A stretch of DNA of 64,000 bases from positions 32,116,001 through 32,180,000 of the forward strand of contig CM060734.1 of the NCBI GenBank assembly GCA_030704615.1, given 5' to 3'. The position numbers and the translations under genes were made by a program. The notes under the pieces are model-generated. The model was not told where the DNA came from and searched no databases. It worked only from the letters and a program-made list of their open reading frames with translations. Origin of the DNA: Takakia lepidozioides (lineage: Eukaryota > Plantae > Bryophyta). Positions within the stretch are counted from its first letter, which is position 1. Each line of letters begins with the position of its first letter. Of this stretch, positions 13,702 to 24,917 are shown one piece after another.

Positions 13702-16700
13702 TCACAGTCTTCTGGGATGGGGGTTCTTCGACCTTGTCCTAGGCCGTGAACGGTGGGTGGAAGACACTCCCACAACCTCCCGCACAGGCCGGACATATGG
13801 TGGTCGTGCATAGGGGAGGCCATGTCCTGCTCGGCCTTCCAGCTCTGCCATGACCAAGTTGCAATTTTGCTGTCTCTTTGCAACAGCAGCCTCAAGAGGA
13901 AACCAATCCTGGTTTAGCTGCAAACAATATGTGAGTGGCATCAAGGTTGTATGTGCATGAAGAAAATGTGGAAGGACATAAACGGCACCCGTGCACAATT
14001 GCCAAGAGGAATGCGATTCAGACAATGGAGGTTCAACTGAGTGCTTACCGGACTTGCAAAACCCGACACAGGGTTCACGAAGCATTGGTCAAGGTACAAG
14101 GCAATGTAATGAGCTGTGAAGAGGCCACATTCCCATGTGGACGATTGCTGGGGAACTGGGGGGCACACCCATCGCATAGGATCGGTGGCCTCCACCACCT
14201 TGGGTCTGGAGGGTAGAATCCTCTGACCATAGCCCAGAATCTAGTAAACCGTGGCTTCAACCTCTTGTGTTTGTGCATGTTTTTAATGCTATAATTCAAG
14301 TGAAGGTGGCGCATGGGTTCCATTATTACGACACTCCAGTGGTTGTTGCACAATACATGCAGACTTTCAGCATCGTCATATCCACGAAACACACACGATT
14401 CCACATGCAAAATGCGTATGGAAGCGAGACAAAGGGGCAGGGTGTGCAGAAAACTCACTCAGAAGTAACAGGGACAATGAGCGCTTCCACACCAACACAG
14501 TTCAGAGTAGGGAATCGTCTGTCCATCCAAGTCTGTATGGACTCAACTATTCCCCATATGCACTGCAATGTTCCCGAAGACAAATCCAAGTGAAACTGTC
14601 TAGAAATCGCACTTTACTGCGTACAGTGGTAGAAAGGGAAAGTGTTTTGCAAGAAACCCAAAAGTCCATGAGGCGGTCGCTTGTCCAGCCCCTTGCATGC
14701 ACCAGGTCATCTGCATCTTCGAGTCTAAGAGGGATCTGAGGGGAGAATGCATCTTGCATAAACCATATGTCTGTCGTTGGTTGGACAAGCGCACCACAGG
14801 CAATCTTGAAAACACGCACCACATATGCGTTTAAGGCAAATGCGCATGGTCAATGACAATGCTGGTGCAATTCGCAAAAGGATTTGAAGGTATACCATAT
14901 CATTTACTGTAAAGAGGGTGCACAGGCGTTGAACTCACAATACTTTTTCCCATCTCGCTATGTATCCTGCACAGTGCCGAGGAACCATAAGAATTCACGC
15001 GCACATGCAAGCGCTCGTGCAACAGTACACATACAAAAAAACATGTTACATGCAAGAATACAAATGCTTACCTCTTCCTCATTTTATTTCGTTGGCTTGG
15101 AACTACAAGTATAGCATTGGGTGGAACCTCATCTGGAGAATGGTGCATTGCATCACTCGCGCTATCAGCCGCGATGGCGATGGGGCTAGCGAATATGACA
15201 TTGCGGGCAAGCTTACGTCTGCCCTGCACACTCCCATCCACGTCACCCTGAGTCTGTGCTATGGCGTCTGTACTGTCAAATGTATTCATACCCGAGGGAA
15301 AGACAATCTCCCAGGGACGAATGGGGGAAGGCAATGCAAAGATTTTCTGATGTGGCGTTCGGGGCTCTTCAAAAAGATGGACATGGGGGGTTTCTGAGGA
15401 CCCAACAATGGTTGCCGCAGAAACAATGCACCATCATCAAGGGGACATTGGACACTAAGGGGGGCAGGACTCATAAAATGATGTGTTAAATTGCAAGAGG
15501 CCACAGGGGGCAGAAGTCCACCACAATCGAGAAATACCTGACTGGCAGCAAGGTCCATTTCAAGTTGAGTCAGGAGACCTGGTTGGGGGCAAAAGAGACA
15601 TATGCAAAGGTGTCTTTGTCATGGGGGTAAAGGACGTTTACGCTAGCGTCCACATAGTCTGCACATGCAGGTTTAGCTGTGGGTGCATCTGTAACACTGT
15701 CCACCACAGCAGGAAGGGGGCCATCTAAATTCTGAAGTTGTACAACTGTTTCCACTTCAGGCTGTGTACCAAATCATCTGCACACGGAGGGCTACCCGTT
15801 CTTGGAGGCAATGTCAGCCGCATCCACCAACACGTGGATATTTGTATCCTCTATGGGGTAGCGGGGGGGCGATCCATTGCCTACTCTGGGAAGGAGAAGC
15901 AACCCCAACGCTACACGAGTGTGTATTTTCTGTGGCACCCAGCCTGGCAAGAGCAACAGCATCTGCAGATTTTTGTGCACATTGGAATGCCTCATTGACT
16001 TCAGAGTCATTGTAATCAAGAGAGCCTGCACAGGTCAAGGTGGAGTACACTTAAGCACCTCTTCCATTTCAAAGCAGCACACATACTTACACGTACAAAG
16101 AAGACATTGTAAGAACATCCACATTGCAATGACTATCGTGCAAAGGATGGACATTTCACCTACCTGGATCCCGACCAATCCAACCCAAGTCAAGATCCTC
16201 TTGATACTTCAAGGCAACTTTGAAATCCTGGAGGGCCTTATCAACACCATGTCCTGGCAGTCCCACCCCACACCACAAGACCTCAAAGGAAGTAGGGTTA
16301 CAAATGCAAGGACTTGTGCAGCCCTGTATCCGACTCCATGCATGAACTCATTCATGGAATCCAATACACGCAACCGGTCCTCTTCTTGCCGCGTGTCAAC
16401 AAGGTTCATGTGTAGTTTCAAGCACCCCCCTCTGACTCCTCGTAGGGGGTATGCCACCATACAAGAACTGTTCAAAGGACTGAAATTCGAATTTGCTGCA
16501 ACATTTCTAATCGCAGTCTTACACAGGGGAGTACATGCAACACCGAGTTCCGGTGTGGACAGGGGAGTAGACGCATCAACGTGGCACATCCAAATCAAGC
16601 ACAAAACCTGCATGAAAGGGGGCACACGGGGGTTCTCCCACGGGTTCGTTGATGACGATAGAAGGTCCATGAGCCTGTGGGCTTCTTGTTTCGAATGATT

Positions 16701-18275
16701 GTAAATATTAGGCATGTCCGGGAACTCAACCATCTTGAGAATTCTGAACAATGGCGACCAGCCCCATTTAGCCTCGTCTAATTCATCATGTGTTACCCTC
16801 TCCATTTGGCCATGCCAACCTCCACATACTGACGTCTTCGAGCCTCCAACATAGCCAAAGCTGCAACCTCCTTCACTTCGTAATCATTGAGAGTAGCTCT
16901 ATATTTGTTGTACTCGACAACCGTGACGCATTCACTGTACCGGCCAGCATGGTCGGGAGTGAAACCAGGACGTTTCGCAAACAAATTTAATGTCTTCTTC
17001 AAAAGCTCCGTAAGCTCAGGGGCGGTCCCCATGCTGCGACCACAGTCGTGCGCCAGGAAGGACCCCACATTAGCATAGAACGGAACAGAACGAATGACAG
17101 TGAAGGATAAAAAGCATGCACTGGACATCAATATGCCATGGATGCAAACCAATGCTTCATGTCCAGTTACAAGTAATACAATATAATGAACACAATCCCA
17201 ATTCCATGATGTGCAAAACACCTGCTGAAAATGCAGAATGCATGGAGGTTCCAGTATGATTGAAGTCACCACCATTCCATACATTTGGGCAGAAGATGCA
17301 GGGCGCAGTGAAATGAATGTATGGGATACAGTCGTAGCAGAAGCATGTATCCATAAACATGACAAAAAATGATTGGAAGTAAAATTGTTGAGGGTGAGAA
17401 GGGGAACATACCATGAATTTCATAAACCATCTACCGTAGGCAGCACCCATCATACTGTCAGCAAAAATCGGGGGTCCCCGAAAGGTCCACAAGTCTGCGG
17501 TAAAATTCAGGGTCGTCGGGTGTGAAACGAATCCAAGAGGCAATAGATTGAAGTCCACGAGGTAGCTAAGGCCTGCCCATGAAACAACAACGGGTCTGGG
17601 TGGAAGAGCAATATCAGACCGCAATCTCAAAGCAGCTGCTTCAAATGCCTCTGCGGCCTCGTCTCTATTCAGATCCCTAAGTCGATTTTTGTTAAACAAA
17701 TCTTCTGGATTTGGAGGGACGGTATGGTGATTGTTGGATTCCCTGGGTCCGTCCCCTGCCGGTGTAGTCTGTTTCTCTGGCTGGACAACTTTGTGCTCTG
17801 CAATGTTGCACTGCCCTGGCGCCACAGACTGACCCTCATTCTTTTGTAGACGCAAGCCCTTCTTCCGCACCTTCAAAGGTGGCATGTCTGCAAATTCCTC
17901 ATCACCGCTGTCAAGCAGGTCCACAACCGTATCGCCCTTATCCACGTCCACCTTTTGCGGACGGGAGTTTTCTCGAGGCGCCAGACCGTGATTGGTGAGA
18001 ACAGCCTCATAGACCGCCTTCTGGGCCACCTCAAAAACAGGGTACATTTTGAGTTTAGGGGCACCTTTGTACTGACGAGCATCACATCCGTTTATCCTGT
18101 GAATGTTTAGTTTCTTTTTGTCTTTATAGATCCTATTACAGAAAATGCATTTGAATGGCTTCCTGTTATTACAATCAGGTTCCTCAACCCTTGCCTTCGT
18201 GTGGGCCTCGCAGATCAATTCCTCCCACTCGTCGTCTTCGTACTCCTCCTGGTACACCCGACGGGCTTCCACCAT
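13702..18275 (-). pseudogene. Transposon-borne multi-exon gene: C2H2 zinc finger, SIM, HhH-like domain, Ulp1 (C48) SUMO protease; frameshifted
   Basis: FKCIFCNRIYKDKKKLNIH zinc finger and VVDLLDSGDEE SIM-like motif. Ulp1 motifs: LMDFW, FLDSFTW, NNHWSVVI, VPQQSSTWECGLF, WFPLEAAVAKRQQ. Several frameshifts. Joining the parts into one gene is inferred from strand and splice-like sites. Confidence 0.6.
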
Positions 18276-18419
18276 TTTTTGACCATAAGGTGTCAAGCTA
18301 AACTTGACACCTGACTTAACACTTGAACTAAATCCAAGTGTTAAATACAAATAACTAGATTTATTCTAGTTAGTTTCACACTGTGTTTATTTAACTTGAC
18401 ACTTGAAATAGGTAGCATT

Positions 18420-21400
18420 AAGGAGGCAATGGTTCTGGTACTTTGCGACGACGACGTTTGGAAGATCTAGGAAGATGTGTTCAAACGCTGGGAGCAAGGA
18501 AAGCTTCTCGACCCGCTTAGGATACAGTACAAGGGTGAACAACAACAGCTCACGAAATCTGCTATCGCAAAGCTGCAAGGATTGAACAGATGGCAGCTGA
18601 TAAAAGTTGCGCAAAAAATCCGGGACTTGAAATTGAGCATTCGAGATTACAAAAGACAAGACAAATCAATTTAAGGCATGAACAAGTACATAGACGACAT
18701 GAAAATGCGCCGGTTTATTGTCGACGATGTTATGGAAGTGTTGGAGTGGCCTCGGAGGAGCAAATAGTGCACGGAACCATACACTAAGGACGAGTGGCAT
18801 GAAGTGAAGAAAAAATATCACTTCAATAAGGCAGAGTTCTCAACATTTAAAGACAAACTGGGGACGGATTACATTCAAAGCAAGATTAAGATGAACATGG
18901 AGACAAAACCACTCATGGCCGCTTTTGTTAAGTACGTCTCCTCCATCAAGAAAGCTTATGAGGATAGAGAGGATGTCATGGCGATTACTTCAGCGAGTTT
19001 CAAGTCTCATTACGCTCTCATGGGGGGGGAACCAAAATTCGCCGATGCCAAGTCCCATTTGCGACTCACACCGAAGAAATTGTTTGACAACATAGCGATG
19101 GTGTTCGTCAGTACAATTTCTGAAGATGACTCTGTGGTATTTGAGGCCAAGGACTATGTGAATATACTGGAAGCTTTTGTGGCTCGAAAAATGAACACGA
19201 GTGCTTTTGTTTTCTTCTCGACGCAACCGTCCTCGGCCAATCTGGTCTCCTACATCCAAAATGGTCCCGGAAGAACATTGTATCTTGTCCGGCAGGGATT
19301 TTATGTTCCGGGGGAGTATGAAAACGTTTACAAAAACAGCACGAAGACTTTGTCTCGGACTGTCCTGTGCATGGACTAGGTTTTTCCAACGACACCTTGA
19401 GGAGATGCAGAATCCGGACGAGCACATCGCGACAGTGCTATTAATCGAGCCAATTCAACCGATTCTTGAAGGGCCTTCTAGGAAGCCATCAACTTTTGAA
19501 GAAGACTGCAGGACTTGTAATCATGAGCTACGAGGTGACACCTACCACTATTTGGCCTCCCTGTTTTGTCGAGACGGGATGTCCGTTGTCAACATCTTCG
19601 GAGGCATGATGTTGACGTACGCCTTTCACATAAGTGTAAAACATGTTTGCATTTTAAATACGTTTTTTATATTTTTGTTCGAACATATCCTCTGTTTTAC
19701 TGATTGGGTTTATCTGCAGGCAAGAAACATTCGAGTGCTTGACATTAGCCACTCAACCAAAAAAAAAATTGCAAAGGAAAAGTTGAAGCAAATTTTAAGA
19801 AGCTTCAAATTGAGAATGACAATGTTGCTGAAGAGGTTGACGGTGGAGACGATGATGAGGATGAGGAAGTGGAAGATGAAGATTTGGAAGAAGGAGGAGG
19901 ACATTCTGAACACAAGGAGGATGACGAGGGCATTGAGGGTAACGAGGATAACGAGGGCCATAAGGGAATCAATGCAGACACTTGGGAGGCTGGACACCTT
20001 GATGTGATTCAGGATTTCAGAACTCAGTCACTGGATGGACTTGAGAACCCCACGCAAGACGTTGCAGTCCACAAGGTCATGATTCTTAATGGGGAATCGT
20101 CGAGTTTAAGCGAGAGAACTGAGAGTAATCCTCCTTCACCCACAGGGGTGGCGAGGCCAGCTCCATTTAGGTGGGCGGGAATCTTGTTCGGAGTACTGAA
20201 GAGTGGTTCAAACCTGTAGAAGGGGACGAGCTGGCGCCAATGTCCCCGTCTCCCACCAAAGACAGGGTAGAGAGAGCGAGGACTAAGAGCCCGTGTCCCA
20301 CAAAAGACAGCGGACACAGAGCGAGGACTAAGAGCCCGTCTCCCACAAAAGACAGTGGAGACAGAGCCAGGACTAAAAGCCTGTCTCCCGGAAAAGACAG
20401 GGGAGGCAGAGGCATGACTCAGAGCCCAACTGACTCTCACAGTGTCTCCCAGCATGTCAATGTGGATGTAGGTAACGAATGACACCTAGAGATTTATGGT
20501 GTCTTTAAGTATTTTAAATGGAACAAATTGTGTGTATCGCATGTGGTTGTGTTCTGGTTGTTGTTTGTCAATAGCTAATTTGTATTTTGATTTTTGTTTG
20601 TCGTCATATTCCCACCTCCTTCAACTTTATATGTGATTGACGGTTACGAAAACTCATATAGATCCATGAACGGAAATTGGAGGAAATTACACAAACACGG
20701 ACAAATTCCATCGTGACGCAAATAGTGAGGAGGCAGGTGGACTTAACAATCAGGGTCAGCCCACGTGATTCAGTCCTACAAGCAACCTCCACTACCCAGT
20801 CGACGTTGCGATATGGAGGAAATGAGTCGGAGATGGTCGTTGCTCAACACGAAGGAAAAAAGAGCAAGCGGCCACAGCAGCAAATTCGGAATCCCTCCCC
20901 GAAACGGGTATACACTTCATAACCAATTTAGAAATATTCTTCTTTGTCCTTCTTCTAGTTTTCAAAATGAATTAATTGTTCTTTTATTCCACAGGATGAT
21001 ATGATTCACCCTCCAATCGACTATCACCAATCTGTGAACCCACAGGATTGGTATCGCCTCTCTGAGGGACCGAATGGATGTCAACCAGGATACTACGTCC
21101 TGGTTCTTGATGTCGGTCACCTTGGTGAGGTTTACCTCCAAGATGGACCGAGATCCCCTCCCACAACCCATCCTTGTATCTGCGTTGGAAAATTCAAGCT
21201 TGTAGTCCGAAACGGTTTGGAAGACTTCCTGAAATGGGTCCTTAAACATTTTAAGGTCTACTTTTGGAACACTGGACCGTTAGAAAATGTCATGGATATA
21301 GGGCTGGCTTTGTTTAGAAGAAATTTTTACAAGGTCAGGGAATTCAGCAATGAGGACTGCGTGAAGCATAGACAGACTTTCAGTGATGAATGGCCCAAAT

Positions 21401-21690
21401 ATCCGAAAGCGCCAATATATCTTAAACGTCTTTACGACATTATCACTGTAGACACTGTAGCGTACAGATCAAACACACTTCTCATCGACACTGTAGAAAA
21501 TATGTATAAGTCTTACTTGAACCCAAAGTCGATCGGTATCTTCCTTCCAAAATATAAAGCGCTCGTCGACCCATACAAGGACAAGTTTCTTCTGGACATG
21601 GCTATTGAAGATTTTCCTGAACCTCGACTGAAGAGTGGACGTTGCTCCCAATGTCAATCCTGTCCATGGTTTATCTTGATTACCACCTAA
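18420..21690 (+). pseudogene. Transposon-borne gene(s): degenerate N6/N4 DNA-MTase-like fold, acidic tract, 15-aa repeats, NIF/FCP1-like HAD phosphatase domain
   Basis: 21001-21690 has LVLDV..VRNGLEDFLKW..FKVYFWNTG..FSNEDC..YLKRL..NTLLIDT..NP..D.FL (NIF pattern). 19030-19750 has FADAKSHL..IAMVFVST and LFCRDGMSVVNIFGG..ARNIRVLD (MTase-like). In-frame stops and frameshifts are present. Confidence 0.5.
20243..20426 (+). repeat. 45-bp coding tandem repeat, ~4 copies (SPSPTKDSGDRARTK)
   Basis: Repeated CCCGTCTCCCACAAAAGACAG..AGAGCGAGGACTAAGAG units. Confidence 0.9.
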
Positions 21691-21704
21691 GTGAATGTAT
21701 GAAT

Positions 21705-23130
21705 TTCTGACATTGCAAATGCACAAAAACGTGATGTGGTCGGGCTTCACCCCTTCCCCCATCATTTGATCATAGGTCTCCAAAGCCTCCATACCACGCC
21801 CCAGCTATGCATACCCTGCAAGCATCGCGTTCTACGACACCACATCTCATTCAGCCATAGTGTTGAAAACTCCCTTCGCATCCTTAATGCATCCACATTT
21901 GGCGTACAAATCCACCAGGGCAGTGTTCAGAATGACATCCGGTACAATTACAGCTTTGATGATGTCACCATGGACCTCTTTCTGGCCCTCTTGGATGAAT
22001 CTGGACCCACACTCTATCCCTGCTCCTTTAGCTATCCATGCCTCTGCACAAAATCATGCATACATCCTTGCCTTGCTGCTAGCAGCCGACGATGACAACT
22101 TAGATTTGTTCTAGGAAACACCCAACTCAACTTATCACACTAGTTCATATGCTCAATTGCATCTGCTACTCTCTATAATCAGACAGACATTCACATTCTT
22201 GCCTCGATTGTCCCACCATTGACTGGGTAAGAAAAGTATTCATTCCACAACTTCTCCTCATCTCTGTTACCTGTTTCTGGATACTTTCATGTTGTCACAT
22301 TGGCAGTATCATGTCAAAGTCACTCCAAACTGGTTCACTCAACCAACTAACATGCATAATTCAACATGGAAACTTAGGGTCAATTATGATAAGAAGGAAA
22401 AACAGGGTGAAATGTGTTGAAGAAGGTGCCTTCATTAGCAGTGCCTGATTTGTCAATTCCACCACTACTGCTGCAGCTTCAGCTTCCAGTTGACCATCTA
22501 TCCATGCAGATTGCTAGTAGCTATTGATCCACATGGAATCATAGGAGCTGAAGTCCATACATGTCCACCAGGGCAGCTTTGACGATGTGATCACCATGGA
22601 CCTCTTTCCCCTTTCCCAGAGCTCCGAGGCTTGCACATGCATTGCAAACACAAACAAATGTGATGTGGTTGGGATTCTCTCCTTTGTACATCATTTAATG
22701 CTCATAGTTCTCAAAAGCCTCCATCCCACGCCCTCGCTGTGCATATTCTGCAATCATCGCACTCCACAACACCCACATCTTGTTCAGCCATACTGTCAAA
22801 CACTCCCTTCATACATGTCCACGAGGGTATTGTTCAGAATGACATGTGGTACAATTGCAGCTCTGACAATGTCGCCATGGACCTCTTTGCCCTTCTCCAG
22901 AGCTGCCAGGCTTGCACACGCATTGCAAACTATCAAAGGTTCACTCAACCAATAACTTACAGAAATTCAATATGAAAATTTAGGGCTGATTTTGATAAGA
23001 GGGAAAAACTGGGTGAAATGTGTTGAAGAAGCGGTGCAGGATGCGCTTCGCCCCTTCATGCATCAGTAGCTCAAGAATAGCAAAGCCTCCATCCCACGCC
23101 CCTATCCTGCGATCATCGTGTTCCATGACA
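21705..23130 (-). pseudogene. Mosaic of captured PLS-PPR coding fragments and PPR 5'-leader module
   Basis: 21705-21980 aligns to 33108-33375. 21983-22545 and 22938-23030 align to the 33890-35054 leader. 22555-22930 and 23083-23130 are deleted PPR pieces. Confidence 0.85.
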
Positions 23131-23249
23131 GGTCCATGACACAACACAACAGCTCGATACTAAGAAACCACGCAGGAGAAAAAGAAAAAGAAAACTAAGT
23201 CCCAGCCATCTCATGGGCAACCCTATAAGCAACTTTAAAAAAAAAAAAA

Positions 23250-23536
23250 AAACCTTTTGGCTACCAGGCTTGCACTAGAAGTCATTCCTACGACTATTTG
23301 GTGGTGAGCTCGCGCTGGTCAACCATCGTTGACCAACCATCCGTCTAGTGCGGAGCCATGCAGTCATGACGACGTCTACCAAAGTAGTCGCCCAAAGGAC
23401 TACGTAGTCACGTAGTCATTTCAACGACAACGTGAAGCTCCATTTGGTCCAAAAATACAGGGAAGTCATGGTCAAAGTCAGAAAAACCATGACTACCATG
23501 GCTCGGCAGTCAGATATACCGCGATCTGTTGTAGTG
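23250..23536. mobile_element. CACTA right terminus, family A (second copy)
   Basis: Same terminal ATCTGTTGTAGTG as at 12940, with AGTCAT/GACTAC subterminal repeats. Confidence 0.75.
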
Positions 23537-24307
23537 CCACATTACCACTCATATAATGGTATAAGTAATCACCTATATATTACTGTATTAGTGGTATGAA
23601 TTCCTCCAGTGGTATTCCTAATCACTTATATACCACTCTGTTAGTAATCACTCCAATCCATAGTTCCCACTCAGAGAGAAACCATGGATGACTCAAACAG
23701 CTTACATACCACTCTGTGGGTAATCATTCCAATGACCTGCTGAGAGACGTCATCCACTCACATAACCACGCTGTGAATAATATTGTATATTCTCAGTTTT
23801 CATATAATGACTATATGAGTCATTTCGTGATCACTCAACGAGTAGTTTCGGAAGTCATTGAATTTTTCACTCCATCCATTTCGTAGCACTGACACACGAC
23901 ACGTGTCCATGATGAGAGTGTCGCCACGTGTTGACATAATCTCCAATATCATCCACGGACCACCGGCTTACACGTGTCCACTGCAAAACGGAAGTGATTA
24001 CTTTACCACTATGACACGTCAGTTTACCACTGTGACACGTCATAAGTGGTTAGTTTACCTCTGTGACACGTCATTGACCTGTCACAGTGGTTAATTTACC
24101 ACTGGGACACGTCAGCTAATAGGTGGACCCGGACGTGAGTGGTTTGAACCACCGTCCTTAACCACTAGTGCCACGTAATGTCTTTTACCCACTCACTTGT
24201 CCTAATCCACTGGTTCTTCATCACTCTGGGGCCGGAGTGGTTTAGTGTCTTTTACCACTCATAATGAGTGGTTAATAGAGTGGTTATTCCACGTTTTTAT
24301 TCTAGTG
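23537..24307. mobile_element. CACTA right terminus, family B
   Basis: Ends TTTTTATTCTAGTG (reverse complement CACTAGAATAAAAA) with dense ACCACT/AGTGGT and ACACGT subterminal repeats. Confidence 0.7.
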
Positions 24308-24917
24308 ATACAGATGTGGCACACGGACTGTTTTCACTGTAGAGTTCCATATTGAGGATTGGGCCAGGATGACATATCTCAATGATGATGTACCCGATCC
24401 TCCTGGCCGTGCAGAAAACGGCTGTTTCATATGGTTGTAGGACAGTTCCCATGTAGCAATATCTAAAAAAGCCATTCATGGGGAAGAACAAGCTTCATAT
24501 GCCCCCTACTGAACACAAAGACAATATAAGGACTGTCATTCTGGAATAGCATTGATAAACGAATTCGAGACTAGAGCTCGTAAAAACTCAGCTTACAACT
24601 CTACTGGTCTGAAGGCATTGGAATCCTCAACTTGGTACAACGTGGCTTCGAGTATTGACTGTGACGATGGGCCACTAATGCGATGCGTACTTCCTCGTCT
24701 GGACCCTGTACGACGGCAAGTGGAGCCTACTCGAAGTCTGATGGGATGATGTGAAGTAGCAACAATGTTTGCTGTCGTGCGCATACATATCGCTACACAA
24801 CTACATCGTTGTCCAAAACCACACAACACATGTGCACACCACACACTAGTATACCACTAGTCCACCACTAGTCCAGCCACTAGTCCAACCACTAGGCTAC
24901 AACTAGTCAGTCACTAG

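Noticed and set aside
13458-13895. AWS/SET or SWIM domain from CDCRGICG
   Set aside because: Probably an alternative frame of the Ulp1 gene tail; no further SET or SWIM motifs.
20243-20426. CRISPR-like array
   Set aside because: No unique spacers; it is an in-frame coding minisatellite in a eukaryote.
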